This document shows, piece after piece, positions 11,561 through 24,599 of a stretch of 64,000 bases of DNA (positions are counted from its first letter, which is position 1; each line of letters starts with the position of its first letter). Under the pieces are notes generated by a model. The model was not told the origin of the DNA. It was given only the letters and a program-made list of their open reading frames with translations, and did no database searches. The stretch covers positions 52,948,001-53,012,000 of the forward strand of contig CM060733.1 of assembly GCA_030704615.1 (NCBI GenBank), written 5' to 3'. This stretch comes from Takakia lepidozioides. Taxonomy: Eukaryota > Plantae > Bryophyta. A program made the position numbers and the translations under genes.

Positions 11561-12778
11561 CAGCGGGATATAAGCACATAGGTAGCATCGACTATCACTT
11601 GATGTATGTGGAATGTGGTGAATGTGCAATATGGAATCTGAAATCTGGAATCTGGAATCTAGTTTATATGGACTGTGAGCATGCAATCTCATATCTGGAC
11701 AACCATGTTGTGTAATGTGTAATTCCAACATTGTCATTGTAATTCAATTCAATTCAATTGCAACATTCCTCAGGCGATGCAATGATATGGCAGCCCTTCT
11801 CCCTCCATTATGCTTTCAACTATACTCAGTGTGCTCTCTGTGGCAAGTTTTAAGAGGTCATGCCTCATGGCACCTTTCGAAGTCTACATGTGTTCTTGTC
11901 CTTGAGGGGAAACCATGTTGTGATAAACTTGTAAGCTCGGTCCACTCGAACCTTTGTCAGAGGCCCATTAGCCATGGCAGGGGTTGGGGGAAGGTGTTAT
12001 TTTCCTATTATTAATCTAGGCAATCGTTGGCTGAATACAATGAAGACTACCATCAAATACCCGAAATGGGAAATAAGCCTACAACTGGGAAATGGGAAAT
12101 GAAAAATAAGCCTCCATTCCACAACATTGTGCAATTAGAATTGTAAGTTTAAGTATTACAATTACAAGGACAACAAAACAACCTCACAACTTGAGTGCCA
12201 TAGAGGCTGACACGGGAAGACCCTGCTCCCTCCCCAAATAACAATGAGAGTTGGGATCACATTCAAAAGAAGCCTGCAATACAGAGCGACACTACAGAGT
12301 TACACAGCAGTTCAAGATGGAAGACCATATCCCACGGTCATAGGACCCTCCTCGGATATAGGTGTCGTATGTTTATGCTGACGTGGCAGATGACGACGCA
12401 GCGCCACGTCAGTATTTATCTCCATGTCAACCTGACGACATCACGCTCACGCCATGTCAACGTTAGTGTATGCTTGTCACGTCACCAATGTGTGAGTGTA
12501 CGCTCACGCGCTCACACGCAAGGCTCACGCCGTTGCGTCCTTGGACTGGTAGGGTATCATCCACAGTATTACGAAGCAGATACCAGGCCAATACGGGCAT
12601 ATGCTAGGTAGTGGTGTGAGATGATACCAGACTGGTCTGGTACTCATACCAGTATATATACCAGTTTCTTATCGGTATAACAGTCCAACATTGGTCCAAG
12701 CATGGTTTTACCCCACTTATATTAAATAAAGAACCTATAGCTATTTCCCCCCTTGGAAAAGGTCATCCCCTACCTCTG

Positions 12779-13400
12779 GCTCTGACACCATTGGTCACTG
12801 TAGCCTAAATTTTAGGATAAAATACTTTGTGCTCACCACAAGTCTCTCGCTGTCTCGGGTTCTACCTCCGGATCTATAGACTCCCCGAGTTGCCGCCCTA
12901 GTTCAGAGGGAAGCTCTCCCCAAGAGCTTCGTCCTCCAAAAAATCCAATTTTTCTACCCTGGAAACCCTCCCTTAAGGGCCCTTAACCCCTAAGAGGCCC
13001 TAAGAGGGATATAAATTAAATAGAATAGCTGAAGGTAAGAGAGACCCCCTTTAAGCTGATCTCTGCTGCTGTACGCGCGGGGTAAACCGCCCCTGCCACG
13101 CGGCGGGGCGTAGTTCCGCACAGTGTGATCCGCGATGCGGCCCTCTGATCACTACGCCGGTTAATGTCGACGACCGCCGGTCTGGCGGGCCAACGTTTTA
13201 TCCAGCGGGTATTCACCCCACTTTTTATGCACGCTTGTGCGCCTCGTGTCCCTGGGCCACGCAGCCCTTGTACTTGCTCTCTGGTAGGATAGAAGTCAGC
13301 GTTGGGGCCCCGCGCAGCCCGTGCGCCATGGCGCCAGCCCATGACTAGCTCCCACGTGTGGTTTTTTTAGTCCCAAGCTCTCAGGCGCAGCACCCGGGGC
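12779..13400 (-). mobile_element. Possible LTR retrotransposon remnant (tRNA-iMet-like PBS plus adjacent LTR-like sequence)
   Basis: Minus strand TGGTGTCAGAGC at 12779-12790 is one mismatch from the TGGTATCAGAGC PBS. No second LTR or ORF was found. Confidence 0.3.
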
Positions 13401-14714
13401 TCTCCCAGGCTGCTCGCGATGGTGGGGTAGGTCCTACCAGCCCAAAATAAATCACTCAAACCCCAAAAAAACACAAGCCCCCTCCCCTATGCCGCAATGG
13501 GCCTTGCTTGGGGGGGGGGGGGATTGGATCTTAGTATGGCCTTTGAATGCCTTATAACGTCCCTTAGCAATAGGTCACACTTTCCAGAGCTGGAATAAAT
13601 CACTACTTGGTCACCAAAATCACCAAAATTCCATTCTTCAAACACATAAATCAAGCACCAAGGGTCCACATGCCATTGGCATCATGGGGTCTTCCCCTAT
13701 CAATCATGAACTTGAAATCATCCTAGATTCATAATGCATTCACCTCTTTGCGAGGACTTTATTTCAATCAATTTTCAATAGTCAAGACAAAGCTTGATAA
13801 ACAAAAGCTTCACATACATAAATGAAGAAAGTGAGGGTGTGACAACCTTCCAATGTGAGAGAGTGCTTGAGATGCTCTATCGACTCGTGAAGTGGTACTC
13901 TAGGCAGTCCTTCTTGGTACTCATCTCTAGGTCCAAACTGGCCTCCCCTACTCGTCTTCAAGTCTACCTCTTCTACATGAATTTGCACAAAGTCTCCTTC
14001 ATAAATTTCCAAAGGGCCTCAAGGCCAAAATGAACTAGGACTGTTGCCTTAGCTCTCAGAACACCTTTCTAAACTAGGGAGCTTCAAGCTCCATTCCCTA
14101 GGACCGAGGCCTTCTCAAGCAAAAACTAACAAAACAACAATGTAACAAGCAAGAGGAAATTATACAAATAAACTAGGTGAAGAACTAAGGGGGCTTGGTC
14201 CTCCTTATATATCGTTTTTGGGCCTAAAAAACTAATGAGAAATAATGTTAAACTATTGAAATAAACTAATACTTTGGATGGAAAATCTTAGAGGCAAATG
14301 ATATATGTCATTTCATCCATCCCTTGGATGGCTAGTTGGTGCTAGTTCTCATTTTTCATCCATCCAATCTCCAGGGCGAATTTATCATTTTCATCCCATG
14401 GATGAAGTAGAAAATCAATTAATCGGCTTCCGTGAGTATCGTTAGCTTGATAATTTGATGCCGTCACTAATCTCCTCCATAAATCACCAAATTTGGTGAC
14501 AAATTATGATCAGACATCCCGTAGATGCCCGCAAATGTGATCGGGGATGAAAAGATATTTCAATCGCCAATTTTCGTGGTTTCGCCATACATGATTATTG
14601 TTCTTAAATTATATACGACTGTTAAATATTGATAACTTAAAATATTCAGTATTTTAAATAAGCTACAATAATTTTGTTTTTTAATATTTTTAAAAATATT
14701 AATGCGACTGCCAA

Positions 14715-15230
14715 GTCAGGCAGTTGCATGCGATATACTCATCTTGTCTTTTTCCGTCGATGGCAGACGACACGTACATTGTAGGCCCTGCCTCACAGGA
14801 CAACATTTACTCACGCAACTCTCTGCCGTGGGCTTTTCAGTGCAACCTCGCAAATGTGCGGTGTCTCCGTCCGGTTTCCCTGCAGATTTTGTCCCCCATG
14901 CTCACTTCATTGTTCCGCCCAATGACATCAGAATCCTGGGAGTCTTTTTTGGCACCACCCAATTCACAACGTCCTTCTTAGAAGATGCACTCCGATGCAC
15001 TCCACCAGGATGCCACCCACACCGATCTCCTTCCTAGGCTCGGAGATGTACAGGTAGCATATGGAATCTTGACCAAATGTTTCCTTCAGCGTCACTCATA
15101 TCTCTTGCGCACTGTTCCACCCAGCCCAGATTTCCTACACCTCTTATTTGGGTTTAATACTACAATGATGACTATCTTCGGGAGATTGTTAGGACGAGGA
15201 GCTCTAGAGGGTGCTCAGGGACTTCATAGG
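14715..15230 (+). mobile_element. Non-LTR retrotransposon RT fragment, CRE-clade-like
   Basis: SMADDTYIVGP (RT catalytic DD), GFSVQPRKC, IRILGVFFG, LLPRLGDVQVAYGILTKC..SYLLRTVPP across frameshifts. Confidence 0.7.
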
Positions 15231-15471
15231 TGCGACTGCCAATTATGTAGTTGTAGAACATATCATCCAAAACTCGGTCATAATTCTCGTCAATGAAATC
15301 CCCACCACTCAAACTCATTTTACATGGAAATGTGGATTGACAAACTGCCATAAAATGGACAAACAAAAAAAATATGACGGGTCCGATATCCCCGACACTT
15401 AAGTCTTACGGCATGCATGGTCAAACCACAGAGGTAGAAGAGCTACATCCACAACAATTGGCGGTTTTTGG

Positions 15472-16390
15472 CCTAGATATCAACATCCCGTCCATCACGC
15501 CACGTTAGGTCGCGTTAGCCCGGACGTTGACGCGACCTACGTCACATCGGATTTGCGCATATATTAGTAAAAAATAAAAAATAAATGTGTCACTTCAGCA
15601 GCCACGTCGCAGACACATCGTTTTATTTGTTTTTATTTTGCATGTGACCATCAATATCGACGGTCGCATCATTTTTTCAAATAAATATATGCGACCACTA
15701 ATATTGGTGGTCGCAACATTTTATTTTACATGCGACCGTCAATATTGGCGGTCGCAAGATTTTCCTATAATTTTTTAGAAGCCTGCGATCGCTAATATTC
15801 GCGTTCGCATGTTTTTCTTTTTCTTTTTGAAAATGATTAGCGGTCGTATGTTTTTTTCATTTTTTAAAATAATAATGCGTGCAACCGTCAATATTGACAT
15901 TTTTTTAAAATACAAAATTGGCAGTTGCACGCATTATTAATTATTAATTATTAATATTTTTAATACGTGCGGCCACCAATATTGGTGGTCGCATGTTTTT
16001 TCTCTTTTTGTAAATGTCTGCAATCGTCAACATTGACGGTCGCATGTTTTTTCATTTTTTTTTAAATACGTGGGACCGCCAATTTTGGCGGTCGCATGTT
16101 TAAAAACTATATATATATACATACGACCACCAACATTGGTAGTCACATGTTTTTTCGGTTTCTCAAATGCGTACGACTGCCAATATTATGCATTTAAAAA
16201 AACTGAAATTCTACGATCGTCAATATTGGCGTTTCCATATTTATTTACTTTTTAATTTTTTAACTACAATAAAATGTTATCCACGTGGTTAGTCCACCTA
16301 GGCGCCACCTTGGTATCCAAGATAAGTAATCAATAACAAAGATAAAAAAAATAAAAAATAAAATTACACATGGTAACCCTCGCACTTTTC
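15472..16390. mobile_element. Left arm of a palindrome-array TIR element (same family as 30253-35874)
   Basis: Starts CCTAGATATCAAC (compare CCCAGTTATCAAC), then an ACGT-rich terminal block and about a dozen GCGACCG..CGGTCGC hairpins in AT-rich spacers. Confidence 0.7.
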
Positions 16391-17039
16391 ACGTTTTCCA
16401 GTAGCAATCTTTCAGAGACGACACAATGGTCTCAGACTTTAGTCATGGTGACAAGCCCTGTGCGCGCGCGGCCAGGGTGACGACATACTAGCTAGGGGGG
16501 TCAGTGTAAATTGGGCTCGATGAATCGCCAACCCGGCTGCGGTTAGTGCAGGGGGTCCGTGTCAACCATTAATGTGCTCCATTAATGATTTCATATTTAA
16601 TTTAAGTTTGGATTAGACAGAGCTAGGTAAGGTCCCGAAGGCGCCGCCTAACTCCAGGGGGCTGCTACTAATGTATTATAAATTTTAAGTCTTATATATA
16701 TATATATATATATTATGAGTCCACTCTCCCCATGGCCCCTAGGCACCCGGGGATACCCCTGGGTTCCCATATCCCTTAGGCCTCTTAATCTTCCGTCTAC
16801 CCCAGGGGACAGGTACCTCTCTGAATCCTTATCCCACTCGTTTTATATAGGGCCCACCCCCGAAAGGGGGCAGTAGCCGCAAGGCGAAGTGGCTTTTAGT
16901 TACGCCGGCCAGGCTTGCAAACACACAGATGTGATGTGGTCGGGCTTCACCCCTTCCCCCATCATTTGCTCATAGGTCTCCAAAGTTCTAGTTTATTTTG
17001 TTTTCTAAATGAAACAAATGTCATATTAAATTTTTTATT

Positions 17040-17375
17040 TTAAAAATAAAATAAATGAGGAGACCGCCACTAGCGGTCTTCTCATATTAATTTATTTTCT
17101 AAATGAAGCGACCGCCACTAGCGGTTGCTTCTAGTTTATTTTGTTTTTTAAATGAAACGAATGCCATATTATTTTTTATTTTTATTAAAAATTAAATTAA
17201 ATGATGAGATCGCCACTGGCGGTGGCTTCTGTTTTTTTAAATGAGTATTTTCTAAATGAAGCGACCACCATTGGCGGTCGCTTTTAATTGTTTGTTTTGA
17301 ATGAAACGAGCTCGCTACTATTTTTTATTTTTTATTTTTTAATGAGAAGACCGCCAGTGGCAATCTCTTCATATT
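17040..17375. repeat. Palindrome array fragment (GCGACCGCCA..TGGCGGTCGC)
   Basis: About five degenerate hairpin units separated by AT-rich spacers. Confidence 0.7.
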
Positions 17376-17519
17376 AATTTTTGAAGGAAGCTAAACGTAA
17401 GCCTTCTGTCCCATTGGCCAATTTGGTATTTTCACTAACTTTAAATTGTTGCATACTGAGCTCTTGAAACCCAAACATAGAGAGAAAGTCCAGCCCCTCA
17501 TGACACAGTGCCATGTAGG

Positions 17520-20500
17520 GCATTTATCCTTCCAGTGTATTATGGACACAGGTTGTACTGTCTCAGCAATCCCCTTGCATGTTGTCCAAATTTTTAGGGT
17601 TGAAAATGTCTCCTGCTAAAAACATAGAGGTCACTGTTGCATCCGCATATGCACCCATACCCCTGGGTTTAGTTACTGTTCATATTAGGATTGGAAGAAA
17701 GATGGTTATTATTACTGGCATTGTCACCATAAGAGAGCAACTGTTATTGTTAGGATTAGATTGGATGAGGGAGGCAGGGCCTCCATTGATTTGGTCACGA
17801 ATGTCATGCATTTGAAAGAATACGGTGAAGGGAAAGATTACATAGTTAATATAAATCTGATCCCTATATTAATGGCGGGAAGTGGAACGAGGTATCTTGC
17901 ATGCATGAAGGCCATGGCACGTGAGGTAAGGCAACGGGTAGGAGATAATTGTAATTGGATGAGATTCTTTGCCTTTGATAATGACCATTGCTGTCTTTTT
18001 ACATCAATGGCACATACCTGCAGTGGGCAGACTGGTGCTCCAATACCCATTGAGACCACCTCCACTCTTCTTAGAGCTCGAGTTGACGTTGAGTTACCTC
18101 CCATATTGTCCCAAGTTATAGTATCTACTGGTCTTGCATCCATTTATCATAAGAGAAGGTACATAGAGATAGAATGTTGGAATAAATTGTCCTTGCAGAA
18201 GCATTGCTTGGTGGCTACGAGAATGTTAGACAGGGGCTTTAGAGGAGAGGTCCGACTGCTGGGCAATTGCAGGGTTGAGTGGACCAAAAACGGCAAATCA
18301 TGCTCCACGAAAGTCCATGACCCAAAAAAAAAAGTTGATAATATTATCCCAAAATATGTTTTTAGTGATAAATAATGGTATACTGAACATATTTAGTAAA
18401 GAGTCCTACCCCAAATATTAAAGATATAATTCATTAAATATTTTAGTATATTATTTAGAGAAATTATGAAAAACTAAAAATTAGAGTTTACAAAAAAAAA
18501 ATTCAATATGACACCTACCCATTGAAGATTATAGGTTTTTATACTTCTAGAAAAAAAAATGACACCCAAAATCCCAAAAACAAGATGAGCTATGGACTTT
18601 TCAAAAAACGCCTTTTTGTTTTACATATATTAGTCCATATTAGTCAAATGACAAATGATTTTGCCACTTCAAATCCATACCTATGATGTGGACCAAAATG
18701 GCCACCTTATGTCCAAATTTCAATGGAATTCACCAATGGCACATAGGAGAACTTGAGTCCATTGTAATTCCATTCATTGCGGTAACAGTCCACAATGACG
18801 GTGTTCAAAAGTCCATAGTGGAGTCATTTCTTATCGGATTCATGATTGGAGAGTTGTTATGGGTGTGTATTGAAGCTAGGAATCCAATGACATATATATT
18901 TGCTGGTTTTAATTATTAATTCAATTTCAATTGATGACACCATCAATTGCAGTCATCTAAAACTGTGCTGGTAACGTCCATTTTGGTCCAGTCAACCCTG
19001 CATTCACCCTGCTGGTGGCCAACCCTGAACGAATTCCAATCAAAATAAAAAAGGGTCGGGTTCTGGCAAGGTTAAGTGCTCTTTCCCTTGATGCACTGTC
19101 TTCTGTGGATCATGTCTTGCACCTTATAGACATTGGGTTAATTGATGAACTCTGGATCACTTGATGGCTCTTACTAGTCTAGTTGTCACGCCTGAAAACA
19201 GACCCTTTTCAGCAAAACAAGAGGCTCACTTTCAGCAAGTTTTGAGTGAAATTAAAACAGGAGAAATCGGTAAAGCCAGTTGCACACCTTGATTTGCATA
19301 AACTTGGAGATTTTTAGTAAGGGAACTCATGACCTAGGCCGTACTGATGTCTTACAACATGAAATTCTCCCTGAAAGAAGGTATGTCAAGCAATATACTT
19401 ATAGGGAGTCCGTCAGAGAAAGGGCTGTCATCAATGAAAAAATCACCAAGATGTTGGATGCAGGTGTAATTAAACCCTATATATCCCCATGGGCCAGTCC
19501 TATTGTGTTGGTAAGTAAGAATGATGGCACAACCCGCTTTTGTGTGGATTTTTTGAACATTAAATACTATGACCAATAAGGTCTATGTGTATCATTTGCC
19601 ACGCATCAATGAAACCCTGGATCAACTTAATGAAGCTACCATTTTCTCTTCCCTTGATCTAGCCTCGGGTTTTTGGCAGGTGCTTCTCACTGAAGAATCC
19701 AAAGAGAAAATTGCATTCACATGCAGATATGGCATGTTTCAAAATGAAACAATGCCCTTCGGTTTGTGTAATGTTATAGCTACATTCCAAAGACTTATGG
19801 ACATAGTATTGGGCAATTTAAGGTGGAATGTGCTTTGGTCTATGTTGATGAACTCTGGCAGCTTTGAGTCACACCCGCTGGACCTATAGAGAGTCATGAG
19901 CTGACTTTGAGCAGCGGGGTTAAAGGTAAAGGCAAATAAATGTGATTTTTGCATGACAGAGTTGTATTTCTTTTATCACATTTTGACATTTGTGTGCAGA
20001 AGGGATTAAACCTGATCTGTCTAAAATCCAGGCCGTATGGGATTTCTCCATCCCAAAGGATAAGCACGTATATAAAGAAGTCAAGTTTCAGTGGGGAGTT
20101 GCTGAGCAAAGTGTTTTTGAGAAATTAAAGGTGGCCTTGACTACTGCACCCATACTAATATTTCTAGATTTCTTTGTCTCATTTATATTACAAACTGACG
20201 CCAGTTATCTTGCTGTTTCAGTAATTCTTAGTCAGAATCATGAAGGACGTGAACATGTGGTAGCGTATGCTTCAAGGAGATTGGACAAACATGAGTGCAA
20301 CTACAGTATTATAGACAAGTTAACTATCACTATCTAGGTCTCATGAGGAGCGTGAAAGTAAGCTGTTTAAAAGGATTGCTTTGGAAGGTTAGATTTCTGC
20401 TGTGGAGGTTCCTAAGAGAGATTCAGTATTAGCCTTGCTAGAACTTCATTACTCTTCTGTTTATGCTGGAAACATGGGGATCACTCGTACCTTGAAACGC

Positions 20501-21240
20501 CTATAGGAAAATTACTACTGGAAGGGTATGGTACGTGATGTCACAAATTTCATTGATCGCTATATGGAATGTCATGCTAAAACACTGCTTCCTAGAGCTC
20601 GTCCTTCATAACCTTAAATGCAATCCATCCTGATTACATAACCTTTTGGCAGAGTGGGTTTAGATTTATTTGGACCCCTCAACACCATGACCAAGGGCCA
20701 TTCATACATAGCAATAGCGACGGATTATCTGTCCAAGTGGGTTGAAGTTCAACTTTTAGCTGCTCAAGAAGCAGATGCAGTGGCTCCTTTTTCAATGAAA
20801 TCATCCTAAGACATGGCCTTATGAGATCTTGATTGACCAAGGTATGGAATTTTGTAATCAGCTCATGCAGATTGTGTGCTTCAATTTGGGGGTCAAGCAC
20901 TGCATGGCGGCCCCCTATCATCCCCAGTACAACGGTTTTGACTGAAAGGCTTAACCACACTATGTGTGTCATGCTTAAGAAGACAAGCTCGCTTTTGGGA
21001 GAATGGGCCGACACCACTTTGCCTACTTTGGTTTTTGCTTATTTGTTCATTCCTCCACCAAGTACTCACCTTTTGAGCTCTTGTATGGTAGAAAGGCTGG
21101 CTTACCTATCCATGAGACACCACTGGCTGCACCTATTGACGAACCTACATACTGGTTCCCGTATGTTGATAACATGATGGCCAAGCGCCAACGCTTATTC
21201 TGCTAAGACTAATATTGCTCATGTTCAGCAGGTGCAAGCC
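17520..21240 (+). mobile_element. Decayed Ty3/gypsy pol: protease, dUTPase-like, RT, RNase H, integrase
   Basis: IMDTGCTVS (aspartic protease); SPWASPIVLV..RFCVDF, SSLDLASGFWQV, MPFGLCN..ATFQRLMD (RT); LQTDAS..VAYASR (RNase H); RVGLDLFGP, ERLNHT, YSPFELLYGR (integrase). Order is PR-RT-RH-IN, with many stops and frameshifts. Confidence 0.9.
18261..19009. mobile_element. Non-autonomous TIR element inserted in the gypsy pol
   Basis: ~29-bp TIRs GGGCAATTGCAGGGTTGAGTGGACCAAAA / TTTTGGTCCAGTCAACCCTGCATTCACCC; TSD TGCT (or CTGCTG). Removing it restores the frame GEVRLL-VANPERIPIKIKKG. Confidence 0.85.
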
Positions 21241-21249
21241 TGCAATTAC

Positions 21250-22478
21250 ACAGCGGCCGTCCAGAGCCGGACGGTCGCCCCACAACTCATTTTCATAAAA
21301 TTAAATTAAATAAAATGTCATGTGTGTAGTCCACGTAGGCCATCACTTCGACAATGAGATAAGTTTGATCGCGTGAAAGTAAAATAATGAAAAATTACTT
21401 GACGTAAAGTCGGTTTAGGACATGACGTGACGCACGTCCTGACTAGTGTTGGGATGGTATATTGATTTTTTCTACCCTCAGGGTAAGGATATATATGATT
21501 TGGGGAGTCAAACTTATCCTCTCAGGGTAAGGGTATAATCTATTTTTTGAAAAATATTTATCCTCTGGGTAAGGGTATATATAAATTTTTGGTAAACATT
21601 TACCCTCACGGTAAGGATATTGGGTGCCACATATACCATGTTGGTAAGGGTAATTACAGGATAATGATACCATTTTTATATCCTATGGATATCCAAGGGT
21701 AATTATAAAGGGCAAATTAATTTAATTTATGAATTTTATTAAATACTTAGAATAAAGCATTTCAGCTGTATAACAGAGTCTCGTTATATAGAATTTAACG
21801 GGCTATGCCTTATATATATATATATATATATTTTTTAAATTATCTATTTTTTTGTGGCTTATGAATAGCAAAATTTTAGCCCTCATTTATGATCGGCCCT
21901 AAAATATAATAACAAAACAACACATTTGATCATAATGAGGTCCAAAATCACCAGCGCCTGGAACAGATGCTTTGCACGATAGAGGGAATGGTGGGGACCG
22001 AGGAAGGAGAGAGCGGCAGTGGCGGGGACCGCCACTAGCACACGCTTTTTACAAGAAGGAGAGAGTGGCAAAGACCTCTCTTGGAGCACAAACTACGAAG
22101 AGGAAGACCATCGAAGGGGAAAAAAAAAAAAAAAAAAAAAAAAAAAAACGGGCCTAAACCTAAACCCCTAGTAATCAAATAATTATATCTTTCCCTATTA
22201 CCCGGCCATTGAACAGATTTATCCTTAGGGTAAGGGTATCCTTTGAAATTTCAAAACCTACGGTATAATCCATTAAGTGTATAACAAAAATAATTACCCC
22301 TGACAAGGACAAGGATAGGATAAGGGTATTTTTGAATTTCCAGGGTAGGGTATATTCATATACCCTTATTGGGTTTTACCCTCAGGGTATAATGGCAGAA
22401 AAAGGGTATCCTCCCAACACTGATCCTGACGTGACGCTGACGTGTTTGGGCCAAGTCATATCATAATTGATAGCTGGG
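21250..22478. mobile_element. Right terminus of a palindrome-array TIR family member, split by the hAT insertion
   Basis: TGACGTGACG-rich block continues across the hAT element and ends TGATAGCTGGG (compare TGATAACTAGG at 35874). Confidence 0.65.
21444..22422. mobile_element. Non-autonomous hAT-type DNA transposon
   Basis: TIRs TAGTGTTGGGA / TCCCAACACTG; 8-bp TSD GTCCTGAC / ATCCTGAC (7 of 8); subterminal GGTAAGGG/TACCC repeats. Confidence 0.85.
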
Positions 22479-22529
22479 ATAAAAACTGCTTAGAAGATAT
22501 TGCATCCGCTGAGTTGAAAATGTATCTCA

Positions 22530-24560
22530 ATCTAACTCGCGTATTTCATTCTTACACCCGTGGATCCCCCCCATAGTCGGTAGCTTTGCAATAACACTTG
22601 TAATTTCTTGAACATTTGAATCATGCAACACAGTGTTTTCTTCAGGTGGCCTAGGAATCTTAGAGATATTATCCTCGGATGAGTCGAAGATATCAACAAA
22701 TGTTATAGAAGTGGTTTTTTTTCTATCTTCACAAATACATCTCGAATGCCTTATATTGACGGACACACGTGTGTCAGGTATAGCTACAGAACTACAAGAC
22801 TGTCGCCTCTAAACACCAAGCACACAATATGAATTCTTCACTCCATTTTCACACCATTTTCACACCACAAACAACTTCTTTTTTAAACAAAGTACTTTCT
22901 AACCTCCTATACAGGTCGTGTAGCTTTTTTTCAACTAAAATAGTTCATACATCAAACTGGAACCACATGACCAAAACGTCTTCATGCATGACAAAAAATC
23001 CATCATCATCAGCAGAAGCGTTGAATGCAAGGGGATGGTCCAAAGAAAGCATCTGAAACTATTTACAAAGTAATTAAGTAACAAGATAAAGGTATTAAAC
23101 ATTGAAACACTAATCATCTTATATACAAATGACATGGCTGGATTAAGTAGGTAGTCCAAGAAAACCTACAATTTAGGCTTTAGCTCACATGGTTGCACTG
23201 ATGTTGAAAAATGGAAGTTGGACCTACAGAACTTAAGATTTTCTGGGAAATTAGGTTGCGGCGTGTTTCTCCATTACTTATACATGTCTCGCCTAAATCT
23301 ACCTTAATCTCTCTTTAATCTGCAGCATGTCGGGAGGTCACGGCCTTGCGAATGGAGTGGACATGCGTGTGCAGCAGAATTAGAGAAGACGTTATCATCC
23401 CTGCCGCTAAGAGCGAACGAGGTAGAACATTGTGTTTCAATCCATGTGCTTGCAACCCGATGCAAAGAACGATTGCAACAGCAGCCTCATCTATCAATGA
23501 ACAGCAACCTCTCCTGATTTTCTTATGTCTCTCTCATCCCGTTCAACTCGAGAGATAACGTATCAGGTATAGAAACATGAATCTTCCCGCTTTTAATACT
23601 TAATATATCTTTGGTTATAATTTCATAGTCGTCGAGGTGCTACTATTTTGAGTATTTTTCTGCGCTCTTCTTTTGCTTTTCCTATATATGATGTGATGAA
23701 AAGTGTTTAATTTTCTGATCCCTAAGATTGAGGTGGCTCATCAACATCAAGATATCGCATCCGCAATGCATTGCTACTTGAAATTCGAGCAAGATTCTGA
23801 CATGAATAACAGTAACATTGTGAAGGTGGCGGTACCCATTCTGTATCTCGCTTTGTTGCATTACAACGGGGGGGAATTGGTGGGGGAAGTGGCGAGATTC
23901 TGCAGACGAGCGAAATGATAAAAGCAAGACATGAATTCTCACTTCTATCTCTTGCATGTGTCATTTCCATTTGTCACCATGCCTCGTTTGTGCCGATTTC
24001 GCCGAGATTCCTGGGGGCGTGCTCAAGAGCTACATGAGCGACGTCGACAAAAGAAAGCTGTAGAGGCCGAGAAAGCATCTTGAGTGTCCGCAAAAGCGGA
24101 GGAGGTCATGTTGATCGTCCTCCGTTGGATGGGTGAGAACGGTATTCACAAGGTGAAGCCTGTACCACACTTTTGGTGTCTAGCAGTATGCACAAAAAAA
24201 CTCCAACTTTGCGGATATAAATACCCCCTGCTGTACGATTATTTTGCGTGGTATTCTTTGTTGCGCCTTCCATGGCCTCTTGGATGAGCATCTCTTCCAG
24301 GTAGGTTGGGAAATATATTTCTCATGCCATTCCAGGACGCTCGCTGTCATATGTGCCTAATCCATTTGCTACCTTTGTCCCTAATCGTTGGTGTTGTTTC
24401 TATGTCTGGCGTCATTCATGTCATGTGATTGTGCTAAATTCAATCGTCCAATTTGTTACTGGTGTATCCCACTAGTCGACGGTGATGGCTGTGATTCCGC
24501 GCTGCAGTCTTCCATGCCAATTTAGGGAGCTCTTCATTTTCAATGTGTCCAATTGTGAAT
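22530..24560 (-). pseudogene. Highly decayed MULE-type/SWIM transposase relic
   Basis: Minus-strand pieces in the expected order: LPKLAWKT, IRKVG..LC, KVWYR..QH..FCGH, GISAKSAQTRH, IDEAAVAI, ILLH..IRKA, FLSCMKTFW, SCLWCENG. These resemble plant MULE-derived SWIM proteins (RGC.CHF..KRLY, CHG, LGIP..H, IDDAA.EI, F..YF...W, C.C.W...G). The match is by eye and weak. Confidence 0.45.
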
Positions 24561-24599
24561 TGTTTTTACGATTGTGGTCGGCTTGAGAAACGACCTCAA

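Noticed and set aside
16440-16980. TRIM-like element (CA-TGG PBS-like site, ~50-bp internal region, AGGGGGG PPT, TG start)
   Set aside because: No matching pair of LTRs could be found.
22150-22170. Interstitial telomeric repeat
   Set aside because: Only about two imperfect CCTAAA units, inside a hAT element.
15472-22478. A single intact palindrome-array element spanning the gypsy remnant
   Set aside because: Family-type left and right termini are present, but the flanks (GTTTTTGG vs ATAAAAAC) give no TSD, so pairing is unsupported.
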